Assembly: GCA_043806645.1 (NCBI GenBank)
Contig: JAZDGX010000197.1
Coordinates: forward strand, 1 to 54,971
Reading direction: 5' to 3'
DNA from: Candidatus Eiseniibacteriota bacterium
Lineage (GTDB): Bacteria; Eisenbacteria; RBG-16-71-46; CAIMUX01; WJJG01
Length of the DNA: 54,971 nucleotides
Positions 47,389 to 54,971 of this stretch are shown in pieces. The notes under the pieces were generated by a model. That model did not search any database and had not been told where the DNA came from. It saw only the letters and a list, made by a program, of their open reading frames with translations. A program made the translations under genes and the position numbers. Numbering within the stretch: position 1 is the stretch's first letter; each line of letters begins with the position of its first letter.

Positions 47389-48447
47389 CTACCCGGCCGA
47401 GCCGACCCTCCGGTTGAGGATTTTGCGCAAGGCGCCGATGGCGTAGTCGATGTCCTCCCCGGACACATCCAAGTGCGTGACCGCACGCACGCGCTGGGGC
47501 GCGACGGGCAGCATCCAGACCTGCTCCTCGCGCAACGCGCGGCAGATCTCAGCGGCTGATGTGGGAGGCGCGACCTCGAAATAGACGATGTTGGTCTCGA
47601 CGGCCGCCGGATCGATCGTGATCCCCGGCAGCTCCGCCAACGCGTGCCCCAAGCGCTTCGCATTGGCGTGATCCTCGGCCAGTCGTTCGATGTTGTGCTC
47701 CAGGGCGTAGAGCGCCCCAGCGGCGATGATGCCCGCCTGACGCATGCCGCCGCCGAACATCTTGCGGAAACGGTGCGCCCGCTTGATGTGTTCGCGCGAG
47801 CCGGCGATCGCTGAGCCCACGGGCGCTCCCAGGCCTTTGGAGAAACAGATGCCGACGGTGTCGAAATGCCGGGCGAATTCACGGGGGGCCACGCCGCTCG
47901 CTATCGAGGCATTCATCAAGCGCGCTCCATCGAGATGCATGGACAGCCCCGCTTCCCCGGCGACGCGACCGATCTCCGCGATCCGGGCAAGCGGCCAGAT
48001 GGTGCCGCCGCCGCGATTGTGCGTGTTCTCGATCACGACCAGCCGTGTGCGCGGCATGTGCGCGTCGTCCGCCCTGACGGCCGCACGCACGGCCTCCGCG
48101 TCGAACAGGCCCCGTTCGCCGTCGAGCAGGCGCAGGGAACACCCCGAAAGCGCGGCTGGGCCGCCCCCTTCGTAGAGATAGATGTGGCTGTCGCGATGGG
48201 CGACGATCTCCTCCCCCGGCTCGGTGAGGGCGCGAATGGCGACCTCGTTGGCCATCGTGCCGGAAGCCACGTACAGCGCCACCTCCTTGCCCAGCAGATC
48301 GGCCACCCGCTCCTGCAGTCGATTCACCGTCGGGTCATCCCCGAAGACGTCGTCCCCGACGGGCGCCTCGGACATGGCGCGACGCATCTCGGGCGACGGC
48401 CGCGTCACGGTATCGCTGCGCAGATCGACCGGCAGATGCGCGTTCAT
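47389..48447 (-). CDS. ltaE: Low-specificity L-threonine aldolase
   Basis: Start ATG 48447. Motifs [39 protein letters not shown], and [11 protein letters not shown] (PLP lysine). Confidence 0.88.
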   Translation of the reverse strand: MNAHLPVDLRSDTVTRPSPEMRRAMSEAPVGDDVFGDDPTVNRLQERVADLLGKEVALYVASGTMANEVAIRALTEPGEEIVAHRDSHIYLYEGGGPAALSGCSLRLLDGERGLFDAEAVRAAVRADDAHMPRTRLVVIENTHNRGGGTIWPLARIAEIGRVAGEAGLSMHLDGARLMNASIASGVAPREFARHFDTVGICFSKGLGAPVGSAIAGSREHIKRAHRFRKMFGGGMRQAGIIAAGALYALEHNIERLAEDHANAKRLGHALAELPGITIDPAAVETNIVYFEVAPPTSAAEICRALREEQVWMLPVAPQRVRAVTHLDVSGEDIDYAIGALRKILNRRVGSAG

Positions 48448-48706
48448 TGTCGATCGACTCCTTCCTGAATGACCCGGCCCCCGAGGAACGAGGTCGCCAT
48501 GGGCGCCCTCACCGAGGCGGATGTGGACTTCGTGCGTGAAGGGCCTCTTCCCCGCGGTCCGCCCGCATTGTAGGCCGCGGCGGCATGCACCTGCAATCTT
48601 CGTGCGCAACGTCGCTGGGGTGGATGCGCCGGAGGGGGGAGGAAATCGAAGGTTGGAACCTGGGCACCGATTCCGTATAGACTATTCCGTCCCAAGGAAA
48701 GGAGCG

Positions 48707-50857
48707 ATGTCCATGATGAAACGGGTCGGGCCGGAGCACGATGGGCCAACCGCGGCACGGCGCGCGGCCGCGGCGCACAGGATGGTTTCGTCGAATGCCG
48801 GGCGTCAGGTGAGCCCCCCGAGGCTACTGCTTCGGCCGGCCCTGACGCTCGTGAGTTCGATTCTGCCGGCCACGACGCTCCTGAGTTCGCTGCTCCTGGC
48901 CCTGATGTTCCTTGGTTCGCCGCTGCCGGCCTGGATGCCCGGACAAGCCGCGGCACATGCTTCGGTGCCCGGACAGGGCGCGGATGCGCAGGATCCGGCC
49001 GGCGGCGAGTTGCCCACGGAGTTTCCCCGGCCGGCGCTGCGAGCGTACCTCTCGCATGCAGCCCTGCCCCAAGGCGGCGCGGGCAGGCTTCTGATCACTC
49101 TCGAGATCGCGACCGATTTCCATATTCAGATCAACGACTTCCTGGAGGTCCTGCCCGCTCAGGGAGCGCCCGTTGTGATCGGCCCGTGGACCGCTGATCC
49201 GATTGCCACCCACGGCGAAGAACGGGTGCTCAAGGGACGCACGACGCTCGAGATGCCCGTGACGGTCGCGGCGGATGCCCCGGTGGGCGCGTTCGCGCTG
49301 TCGCTGACACTGGGGTTTCAAGGTTGCGCCGAAGAACCGGTCTTCGCCTGCTTCCCGCCGGATGAAGCGCACCTGTCCGTACCGCTCGAGATCCTCCCCG
49401 CGGGAACACCGGGACGGCCGGCCAACGAGGAGTTCTTCCCGGCGGATGCTGCCAGTCCCGCCACGGAAGGACCCGCCGCGGAAGCACCCGCCACGGAAAC
49501 ACCCGTCACGGAAGCATTCACCACGGAAGCCCCCACCACGGAGGCATCCGCCGCAGGGACACCCGCCGGCCAAGCCGAACCGCGCGATCTCGCCTCGCGT
49601 TTGGAAGGCGCTCTTTCCGGCGGCTCGTTCATCGCCTTCCTGCTCGTCTTCCTCGGCGGGATCCTCACGAGCTTCACTCCCTGCGTCTATCCGATGATCC
49701 CGCTCACGATCAGCTATGTGGGGGGCCGCGCGAAAAGTCGCGGCCATGGCTTCTTCCTGTCGCTCTTCTTCGTCCTGGGCATAGCGATCATGTATTCGGC
49801 GCTCGGCGTCCTGGCCGCATCCACCGGTTCGGTGTTCGGAAGCGCCATGCAGAGCCCCGTCGTGCTCGCGGTCGTGGCGGTGGTCTTCGCCGTCATGGGG
49901 GCCAGCATGCTCGGGGCCTTCAGCCTCGCTCTGCCTTCCGGCCTGCAGGGCCGGATGACTGAAGGGGCCCAACGGGGGGGCGTGTTCGGCGCGGTTCTGA
50001 TGGGAATGGTCACCGGTCTGGTCGCGTCGCCCTGTGTCGGCCCCGTGCTGGTCGTCCTGCTGACCTTCGTCGCCCAAACGGGCAATGTCCTTTTCGGCTT
50101 CTGGCTGCTCTTCACTTTCGCCTGCGGGCTCGGCCTTCTTTTCCTCGTGCTCGGCACCTTCGCCGGCGCGATCAGCGCCCTGCCGGGCGCGGGCAGTTGG
50201 ATGGATACGGTCAAGCATCTCTTCGGCGTCGTTCTGCTCGGAATGGCGATCTACTACGTGCGCTCGCTCATCGGTCCCCAGGCGACGGCGTTGATCGCGG
50301 GCGCCTATCTGTCGATCATCGGCGTCTTCACGGGAGCCTTCACGCCGCTGCCGCCCGCGCCGCGCAAGAAGGAGCTCTTGCGAAAGTCCGTGGGCCTGCT
50401 GCTCTTCCTGGCCGGCACGGCGATCTTCCTCGCATGGTTGATCGCACTCACCGGCGCCCCGGGACTCGTGCGCAACGGTGGCATGCCCGCGACCACGAGC
50501 CGGGTCGCAGGATCGAGCATCCCCTGGAGGGTGAACGACGAAGCCGCGCTGGGCGAAGCGCGGTCCGGGGGACGGCCGGTCATCCAGGATTTCTACGCGG
50601 ACTGGTGCGCGGCGTGTGTCGAACTCGATGAAAAGACCTGGATCGATCCGGCGGTCGTCGCGGAGGCCTCGCGCTTCGTGCCGATCAAGATGGACTTCAC
50701 GCGCAAAGACGAGTTCTCCAGGGCGGGCACCGAGCGCTACGCCATTCGGGGCATGCCGACCGTCATCCTCTACGACAGTGCCGGGAATGAGGCCCGGCGG
50801 TTCTTTGGATTCAAGGGACCCAGAGACGTGCTGGCCATCCTCCAAGCCGTGCGCTGA
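48707..50857 (+). CDS. dsbD: Thiol:disulfide interchange protein DsbD (alpha domain - CcdA-type TM domain - thioredoxin domain)
   Basis: ATG 48707 after AAGGAAAGGAG. Alpha-domain motif FQGCAEEPVFACFPP. TM cysteines FTPCVYPMIPL and ASPCVGPVL. C-terminal thioredoxin motif DFYADWCAACVELD. Confidence 0.88.
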   Translation: MSMMKRVGPEHDGPTAARRAAAAHRMVSSNAGRQVSPPRLLLRPALTLVSSILPATTLLSSLLLALMFLGSPLPAWMPGQAAAHASVPGQGADAQDPAGGELPTEFPRPALRAYLSHAALPQGGAGRLLITLEIATDFHIQINDFLEVLPAQGAPVVIGPWTADPIATHGEERVLKGRTTLEMPVTVAADAPVGAFALSLTLGFQGCAEEPVFACFPPDEAHLSVPLEILPAGTPGRPANEEFFPADAASPATEGPAAEAPATETPVTEAFTTEAPTTEASAAGTPAGQAEPRDLASRLEGALSGGSFIAFLLVFLGGILTSFTPCVYPMIPLTISYVGGRAKSRGHGFFLSLFFVLGIAIMYSALGVLAASTGSVFGSAMQSPVVLAVVAVVFAVMGASMLGAFSLALPSGLQGRMTEGAQRGGVFGAVLMGMVTGLVASPCVGPVLVVLLTFVAQTGNVLFGFWLLFTFACGLGLLFLVLGTFAGAISALPGAGSWMDTVKHLFGVVLLGMAIYYVRSLIGPQATALIAGAYLSIIGVFTGAFTPLPPAPRKKELLRKSVGLLLFLAGTAIFLAWLIALTGAPGLVRNGGMPATTSRVAGSSIPWRVNDEAALGEARSGGRPVIQDFYADWCAACVELDEKTWIDPAVVAEASRFVPIKMDFTRKDEFSRAGTERYAIRGMPTVILYDSAGNEARRFFGFKGPRDVLAILQAVR
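48842..48931 (+). repeat. 30-nt x3 in-frame tandem repeat encoding the hydrophobic N-terminal anchor of DsbD
   Basis: ctgacgctcgtgagttcgattctgccggcc / acgacgctcctgagttcgctgctcctggcc / ctgatgttccttggttcgccgctgccggcc, encoding LTLVSSILPA / TTLLSSLLLA / LMFLGSPLPA. Confidence 0.85.
49460..49564 (+). repeat. 15-nt x7 in-frame tandem repeat (pentapeptide linker) in DsbD
   Basis: Units gccacggaaggaccc / gccgcggaagcaccc / gccacggaaacaccc / gtcacggaagcattc / accacggaagccccc / accacggaggcatcc / gccgcagggacaccc, encoding ATEGP AAEAP ATETP VTEAF TTEAP TTEAS AAGTP. Confidence 0.85.
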
Positions 50858-51110
50858 CACGATTCGCGAGCTGATCATCGTGGCGGAGGCGGGCGGAGAC
50901 GGGCGGCGCGGGCCGGCGCCGGCCGGCGGGACCCTGCTCCAGCTGCATGTCCTGCTTCGCATTAGCGGCACGCTCTCCTGCAGTCCGAACGCAATCAGCG
51001 CTATACGACGGCCGGCCTCCTGCCGATAGAAAAACCGTAGGGGGAAGACTCGCCTCGCCGGGCAGAGACAACCCCAACGGATCGCGGAAGATACATCCTG
51101 GAGGGACGGC

Positions 51111-51617
51111 ATGCGCAACGCGGCGCGCGATGGAAGGGACCTCGACCCGAATCCGGATCCCCTGTACGCACCGGCCGACGGCTCGGACATCCTTCCCCGC
51201 GGAGGCGACCGGCGTGGCCGGCCCACCCCGATGCTCTCGCGCTACACGATACTCGGCCGCAGGAAAGGCAATCGCCGCACCACCGATCCGCAGGCCTGCT
51301 ACTACGTCGACCGCAGTTCGGGCATCTTCCAGGTCGCCATCCTGGCCATGCTGGCTTTCATCGTGGCGGACACGACATCCACCCTCTTCATCCTGAGCCG
51401 GGGCGGGAGCGAGGCCAATCCCCTCATGCGCTGGCTCCTCGACATGGGGACGAACTGGTTCGTCAGCATCAAGGTCGGCTCGGGCCTGCTGGGGTTCGTG
51501 ATTCTCGCGGTGCACTGCAAATTCGCGACGGCGCGCTGGTTGGTGCTCGTGCTGGTCGCCGTCTATCTCGTGCTCGCGCTCTACCATGTCTATCTGCTCG
51601 TGAATATGCTGGTCTAG
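51111..51617 (+). CDS. Small membrane protein, DUF5658-like
   Basis: Basic N-terminal region (RRKGNRRTTD...YYVDR) followed by 4 TM helices (...SEANPLMRWLL...). GGAGGGA RBS. Confidence 0.6.
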   Translation: MRNAARDGRDLDPNPDPLYAPADGSDILPRGGDRRGRPTPMLSRYTILGRRKGNRRTTDPQACYYVDRSSGIFQVAILAMLAFIVADTTSTLFILSRGGSEANPLMRWLLDMGTNWFVSIKVGSGLLGFVILAVHCKFATARWLVLVLVAVYLVLALYHVYLLVNMLV

Positions 51618-51632
51618 CGGGCGCGCCCGGCA

Positions 51633-51641
51633 TGCTATCAT
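51633..51641 (+). promoter_or_regulatory. Putative extended -10 (TGcTATCAT) ending 7 nt before ATG 51649: possible leaderless transcript
   Basis: Sequence is cATGCTATCATcccccgcATG. No purine-rich RBS lies between the element and the start codon. Confidence 0.3.
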
Positions 51642-51648
51642 CCCCCGC

Positions 51649-53565
51649 ATGTCTTTCGGCTTGGGCAACATCCTTCGCGGCACGCGCAATGGGCTGATCG
51701 CGGGGCTCGCGGTCGGTTTCTTTCATTTCGTGATCCTCGCCACCGGCGGCATGCACGGGATGTCCGGCCTGGGTCTGATCCTCGCCTCCGGAGCCCGCTA
51801 CGCGGGGATTTTCTCGCTGGCCGCGGGCGCATTCGGATTCGGACTGACACTGGTGACGGGGCTGCTCCCGAGATGGTTGATCCCATCCGGAACGTTCCTC
51901 GTCGCTCCGGGCGTGGTGCTCGCCTATCTCTATCCCTGGATTCTCGCCGCCGGCAAGGAAGGCTGGGGCATGAACCCCGGACCCGCCGGCAAGGCGCTGG
52001 GCGGCTTGGTCTTTCTCGCGGCGGGCCTGCTCGTGATCGGCATTCCGGCCCGGCTCTTCACGCGGCGCCGGGCCAGGCCGCGCGACGGCTCGCGCGATGA
52101 GGATCACGCGACCGGATCCGTGGGGCCGCTCGGCGTTGTGGTTCTCCCGCTCGTCGCGCTCGGCCTCTACCTGCTTCCCGGTCTGTCCGGCCGGTCCTTC
52201 TCGCCGGTCGATCCCCTGGTGCTCTCGGGGCAGCGGCTCGAACCGCTTCAACCACGCGCAACCGAGACGTTCTCGAACGGGCGATGGAACGTGCTGCTCA
52301 TCACCGTCGCGGGAATGCGTGCGGATCATCTCGGATGCTATGGCTACACGCGCGACGCGACTCCCACGATCGATGGGCTCGCCGGCCAAGGCATGCGCTT
52401 CGATCGGGCCTACTGCCAGCAGCCCGCCGCGGGACCGAGCGTCGCGACCGTTCTTACCGGGCTCTATCCGCAGCAGCATGGCGTGCGGCGCTCCCGTGGT
52501 GTGCTCGACGAACGCTTCCGCACGATGGCGGAGTACTTCTCCGACGCCGGCTGGCGCACGGGGGGCATGACCGCCAACGGCAACCTGTGTCCGGAACTCG
52601 GCTTCGGGCAGGGCTTCGAAGACTATTCCTGCGAGAACGTCCGCGCCGACGGAACGACGGACCGGGCCATCGAATGGCTGAGCGTCAACGGCCTGAGCGC
52701 CCGGCCGTGGTTTCTTTGGATCGACTTCTCGGACCCCCTCGCCCCATATGCCCCCCCACCCCCTTTCGATGCGATCTTCGTGGCCGACGGAGCGGGAAGC
52801 GGAAGCCACCAGCGCTCGGTTGATCTCTACGATGGGGAAATTCGCTTTGTCGACACGCACATCGGACGGCTTCTCGACTGGATGCACGAAACCGACCTCT
52901 CGGGGCGAACGCTCATCATCCTCGCGGGCAGCCATGGAGAGAGTCTCGGTGAGCACGGCATCTACTACGGCCACGGTTCCGATGTCTACGAACCCGCGGT
53001 CCGCGTGCCATTGGTCTTCCATGCCCCGGCCATCATCCCGACCGGAGCTTCCCCGGCCCTCGTTGGATTGGTCGATCTGCTTCCCACCATCCTGGGTGCC
53101 GCTTCACTTGCCGCGCCGCAGGCCGTCGCCGGCCGCAGCACGCTATCCAATGTTCTCGGCATGACCGACTTCGGCCCGCGGGAGTTCGTCGTCCTGTCCG
53201 CGGGCAGCCGCGATTCCCGCCACGGCGCCGGGCCGATCCTTGCCTTGCTGCACGGCGAGGCGAAATACGTGCAGCGGATCACGAGGTGGGGGATTCTGCC
53301 GCGCGGGCCCCGAGATCTGTGGCGATCGTATTTCGGATATTTCGCGCGCACGCTGGGGGACGATGAGTACTACAACCTTTCCATCGATCCCCGCGAACGG
53401 CTCAACTTGATCCGCTCGCGCCGTGGGGCGGCGCGTCTCGACCGGCGCGTGCTCGAGTCGTTCCTCGATCAACTGGGAAGAGAAACCGAGGGCCGGATCG
53501 CCCGGCCCTTGGACCTGTCGCCCGATGCGCGCCAGTCGCTGCGCGATCTGGGGTATTTGCGCTGA
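51649..53565 (+). CDS. Membrane-anchored sulfatase-like (alkaline-phosphatase superfamily) protein with substituted catalytic residues
   Basis: About 200-aa polytopic N-terminal domain, then a sulfatase fold: NVLLITVAGMRADHLGCYGYTRDATPTIDGLA, AYCQQPAAGPSVATVLTGLYPQQHGV, LAGSHGESLGEHGIYYGHG. The canonical DD, C/S-x-P-x-R and SDHG positions are changed (see finding). Confidence 0.8.
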   Translation: MSFGLGNILRGTRNGLIAGLAVGFFHFVILATGGMHGMSGLGLILASGARYAGIFSLAAGAFGFGLTLVTGLLPRWLIPSGTFLVAPGVVLAYLYPWILAAGKEGWGMNPGPAGKALGGLVFLAAGLLVIGIPARLFTRRRARPRDGSRDEDHATGSVGPLGVVVLPLVALGLYLLPGLSGRSFSPVDPLVLSGQRLEPLQPRATETFSNGRWNVLLITVAGMRADHLGCYGYTRDATPTIDGLAGQGMRFDRAYCQQPAAGPSVATVLTGLYPQQHGVRRSRGVLDERFRTMAEYFSDAGWRTGGMTANGNLCPELGFGQGFEDYSCENVRADGTTDRAIEWLSVNGLSARPWFLWIDFSDPLAPYAPPPPFDAIFVADGAGSGSHQRSVDLYDGEIRFVDTHIGRLLDWMHETDLSGRTLIILAGSHGESLGEHGIYYGHGSDVYEPAVRVPLVFHAPAIIPTGASPALVGLVDLLPTILGAASLAAPQAVAGRSTLSNVLGMTDFGPREFVVLSAGSRDSRHGAGPILALLHGEAKYVQRITRWGILPRGPRDLWRSYFGYFARTLGDDEYYNLSIDPRERLNLIRSRRGAARLDRRVLESFLDQLGRETEGRIARPLDLSPDARQSLRDLGYLR

Positions 53566-53574
53566 TCCGCGCGA

Positions 53575-54330
53575 TCACTGCCCGAACAGCGCCTTCACCT
53601 GACCCCAACTTGTCTCCCCAGCGGCCACCGGCGGGAGAAAGTCCACGACGCGGATTTGATCCACCCACAGGCGAGCTTCGGGGATGCCCCCGGTCCAGGT
53701 GGCCAGCTGGACAACCCCGATTCCGGCCGCCGCCAGGGAGAAATCCCGATCCGTGAAGGCGACGGCTCCATCCAACCAGAGCGAGTATGTCCCGGCCGTC
53801 ATGTCATAGCCGATCAGGATGGGAAAGGGACGCCCCGCCGCGTACGGAAAGTTCCCCCCGAATCCGACCGCATCGTTGACCCGGATGAGTCCATCGTCCT
53901 GGAACTGAAGGATGAGGTAGTCGTGCATGGAGTCCGGCGTGCGCACCCAAAGCGTGTAGCTCCGGCCCTCTGCGATCTCATCGAACCAGAGATCCACGAT
54001 CACCGCTACGACCCCGTCGGTGATCGGCGCGCCGACGAGGCTGAACGCGATCGTCCCTCCTTCGTCCGGGCTTGTGTTGGAGATCTCGAGACACGGCGTG
54101 GTGAAAGGGGTCGCCCGGACGATTGCGGCAATGTGGTCGTGCTTCCAGTCCGGCTCTCCGTACGCCGGACCATTGGTGCCGATCGGTTCATCGATCGTCT
54201 TGTCGTTGAAGGTAGCGGAGAGGTACTCCGATGTGGCGGAGGGAAGGGTCTGCTCGGCCCGGACGGGCGGAAACGGCCCTGCGACGAGAAGAACCATCCC
54301 CGCGAGCCATGCGAAACAGGATTTTGTCAT
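53575..54330 (-). CDS. Secreted hypothetical protein (beta-sandwich/LamG-like suspected) with a C-terminal SWGxxKALFGQ tag
   Basis: Signal peptide ...PFPPVRA|EQ. No catalytic motifs. The last 19 aa, PPVAAGETSWGQVKALFGQ, align with the C terminus of the beta-helix protein at 38884..40197. Confidence 0.65.
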   Translation of the reverse strand: MTKSCFAWLAGMVLLVAGPFPPVRAEQTLPSATSEYLSATFNDKTIDEPIGTNGPAYGEPDWKHDHIAAIVRATPFTTPCLEISNTSPDEGGTIAFSLVGAPITDGVVAVIVDLWFDEIAEGRSYTLWVRTPDSMHDYLILQFQDDGLIRVNDAVGFGGNFPYAAGRPFPILIGYDMTAGTYSLWLDGAVAFTDRDFSLAAAGIGVVQLATWTGGIPEARLWVDQIRVVDFLPPVAAGETSWGQVKALFGQ

Positions 54331-54409
54331 GCCCCCCCCGTGGCAGCGTCCGGTCTGGGTTCACGCCCTGCCGGCAGCGCTCGGCCTGGTTTTGATTCAG
54401 CCCAGAAGC

Positions 54410-54971
54410 TCAGCCCCTCTTCAGCACAAACGCCGACACCGTCTTGTCGTTGCCGCCCATGCTGATCACCAGTCCATACGGACGCTGCCCCCCGACCGCG
54501 ACCTGGAAATCTCCCGCCCGTTCGGTCAGGTGCCGCCAGTTGTCGACGGTCTGGCGCACGCCGGTGCCGCCCGTGTAGTGACCGTAGCCGATCAGGCCCC
54601 CGGAAAGGTTCATCGGCAGCACCCCGTCGGGGCGCGTCGCGCCGGAGGTGATGAACTCGTAGCCTTCCCCGTGTTTGCAGATGCCCGTCGCCTCGGCCAT
54701 CAGGATTCCCGTAATCGAGAAACAGTCGTGCACCTCGGCGAAAGCGAGATCGCCCGCCTTGACGCCCGCCATGGCGTAGGCCTTCTCCACCGCCGCGCGA
54801 CTTGTCGCGAGCGTCGTCGGGTCCGCGGGCAACTCGGTGAGATTGGCGACCGAGGTGCCCCAGCCGACGATTTCGGCCGCGTCGTTGCGGTCGATGCCGG
54901 CCTTCTTCAGGCCCTCCTCGGACATCACCAGCACGCCGGCCGCCCCATCGGAGACTTTCGAGCAGTCGAAG
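54410..54971 (-). CDS. Thiolase-domain protein (SCP-x/archaeal-type acetyl-CoA acetyltransferase-like), 5' partial
   Basis: The frame stays open to the window end (FDCSKVSDGAAGVLVMSEEG...). Motifs EVHDCFSITG and NLSGGLIGYGHYTGGTGV are the thiolase C-terminal His and Cys-loop region. Confidence 0.85.
   Translation of the reverse strand, partial: FDCSKVSDGAAGVLVMSEEGLKKAGIDRNDAAEIVGWGTSVANLTELPADPTTLATSRAAVEKAYAMAGVKAGDLAFAEVHDCFSITGILMAEATGICKHGEGYEFITSGATRPDGVLPMNLSGGLIGYGHYTGGTGVRQTVDNWRHLTERAGDFQVAVGGQRPYGLVISMGGNDKTVSAFVLKRG

Noticed and set aside
47388-47882. Proximal 165 codons of ORF 47019..47882(-), overlapping ltaE in another frame.
   Set aside because: ltaE (47389..48447) has unambiguous threonine-aldolase motifs. 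Only the non-overlapping distal 122 codons were kept, as a low-confidence gene.
51225-51320. PilZ-like c-di-GMP motif in the DUF5658-like protein (RRKGNR ... VDRSSG).
   Set aside because: RRxxxR is present, but the second element is DxSxG rather than DxSxxG. It lies only about 10 residues away rather than 20-30. No PilZ beta-barrel length follows, because the TM helices start immediately.

Overview
High-GC bacterial chromosomal window (spot counts about 65-78% G+C per line, falling to about 53-63% around 38.7-41.3 kb). I call 46 protein-coding genes. By eye I found no rRNA, tRNA, CRISPR array, transposase or integrase. Layout, left to right:

- **1-6.3 kb:** a secreted C39-like cysteine peptidase with a FlgD-Ig/T9SS-like C-terminal domain (5' partial), a SAM methyltransferase, a Zn-ribbon NUDIX hydrolase fused to an RsbRD_N-like domain, an OPT transporter and a lipoprotein.
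- **6.4-15.1 kb:** an anaerobe-type oxidative-stress island. On the minus strand: Fur/PerR-family regulator, rubrerythrin, flavodiiron protein, rubredoxin, erythrin-like protein, iorAB. Divergent on the plus strand: desulfoferrodoxin, erythrin-like protein, ferritin, TPR-zincin peptidase.
- **15.5-19.6 kb:** a Ser/Thr kinase-TM-TPR gene followed 10 nt later by a second secreted C39-like peptidase.
- **19.7-27.5 kb:** a complete colinear Pho unit, phoB-phoR-pstSCAB-phoU.
- **27.6-38.6 kb:** a mannoside locus: manA, a sensor-less hybrid histidine kinase, a sugar ABC transporter and a 1359-aa GH38 alpha-mannosidase with a PA14 domain.
- **38.9-46.6 kb:** a lower-GC islet (beta-helix protein plus methyltransferase), a second methyltransferase, and a translationally coupled bacillithiol operon bshC-bshB-bshA plus an MBL hydrolase.
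- **46.6-55 kb:** ltaE, dsbD, a DUF5658-like protein, a membrane-anchored sulfatase-like protein with substituted catalytic residues, a secreted protein and a partial thiolase.

No recognisable defence or mobile system is present. The most interesting items are:

- the single-operon bacillithiol pathway with adjacent methyltransferases (candidate N-methyl-bacillithiol synthase);
- a shared C-terminal 'E-x-SWG-x-x-KALF-(G)-Q-stop' tag on two unrelated secreted proteins;
- the kinase/C39-peptidase pair;
- the NUDIX-RsbRD_N fusion;
- a 25-nt x4 tandem repeat filling the phoR-pstS spacer;
- the pseudo-sulfatase.

The many long antisense ORFs in the track are GC artefacts. All assignments come from motif recognition by eye; no database search was run.
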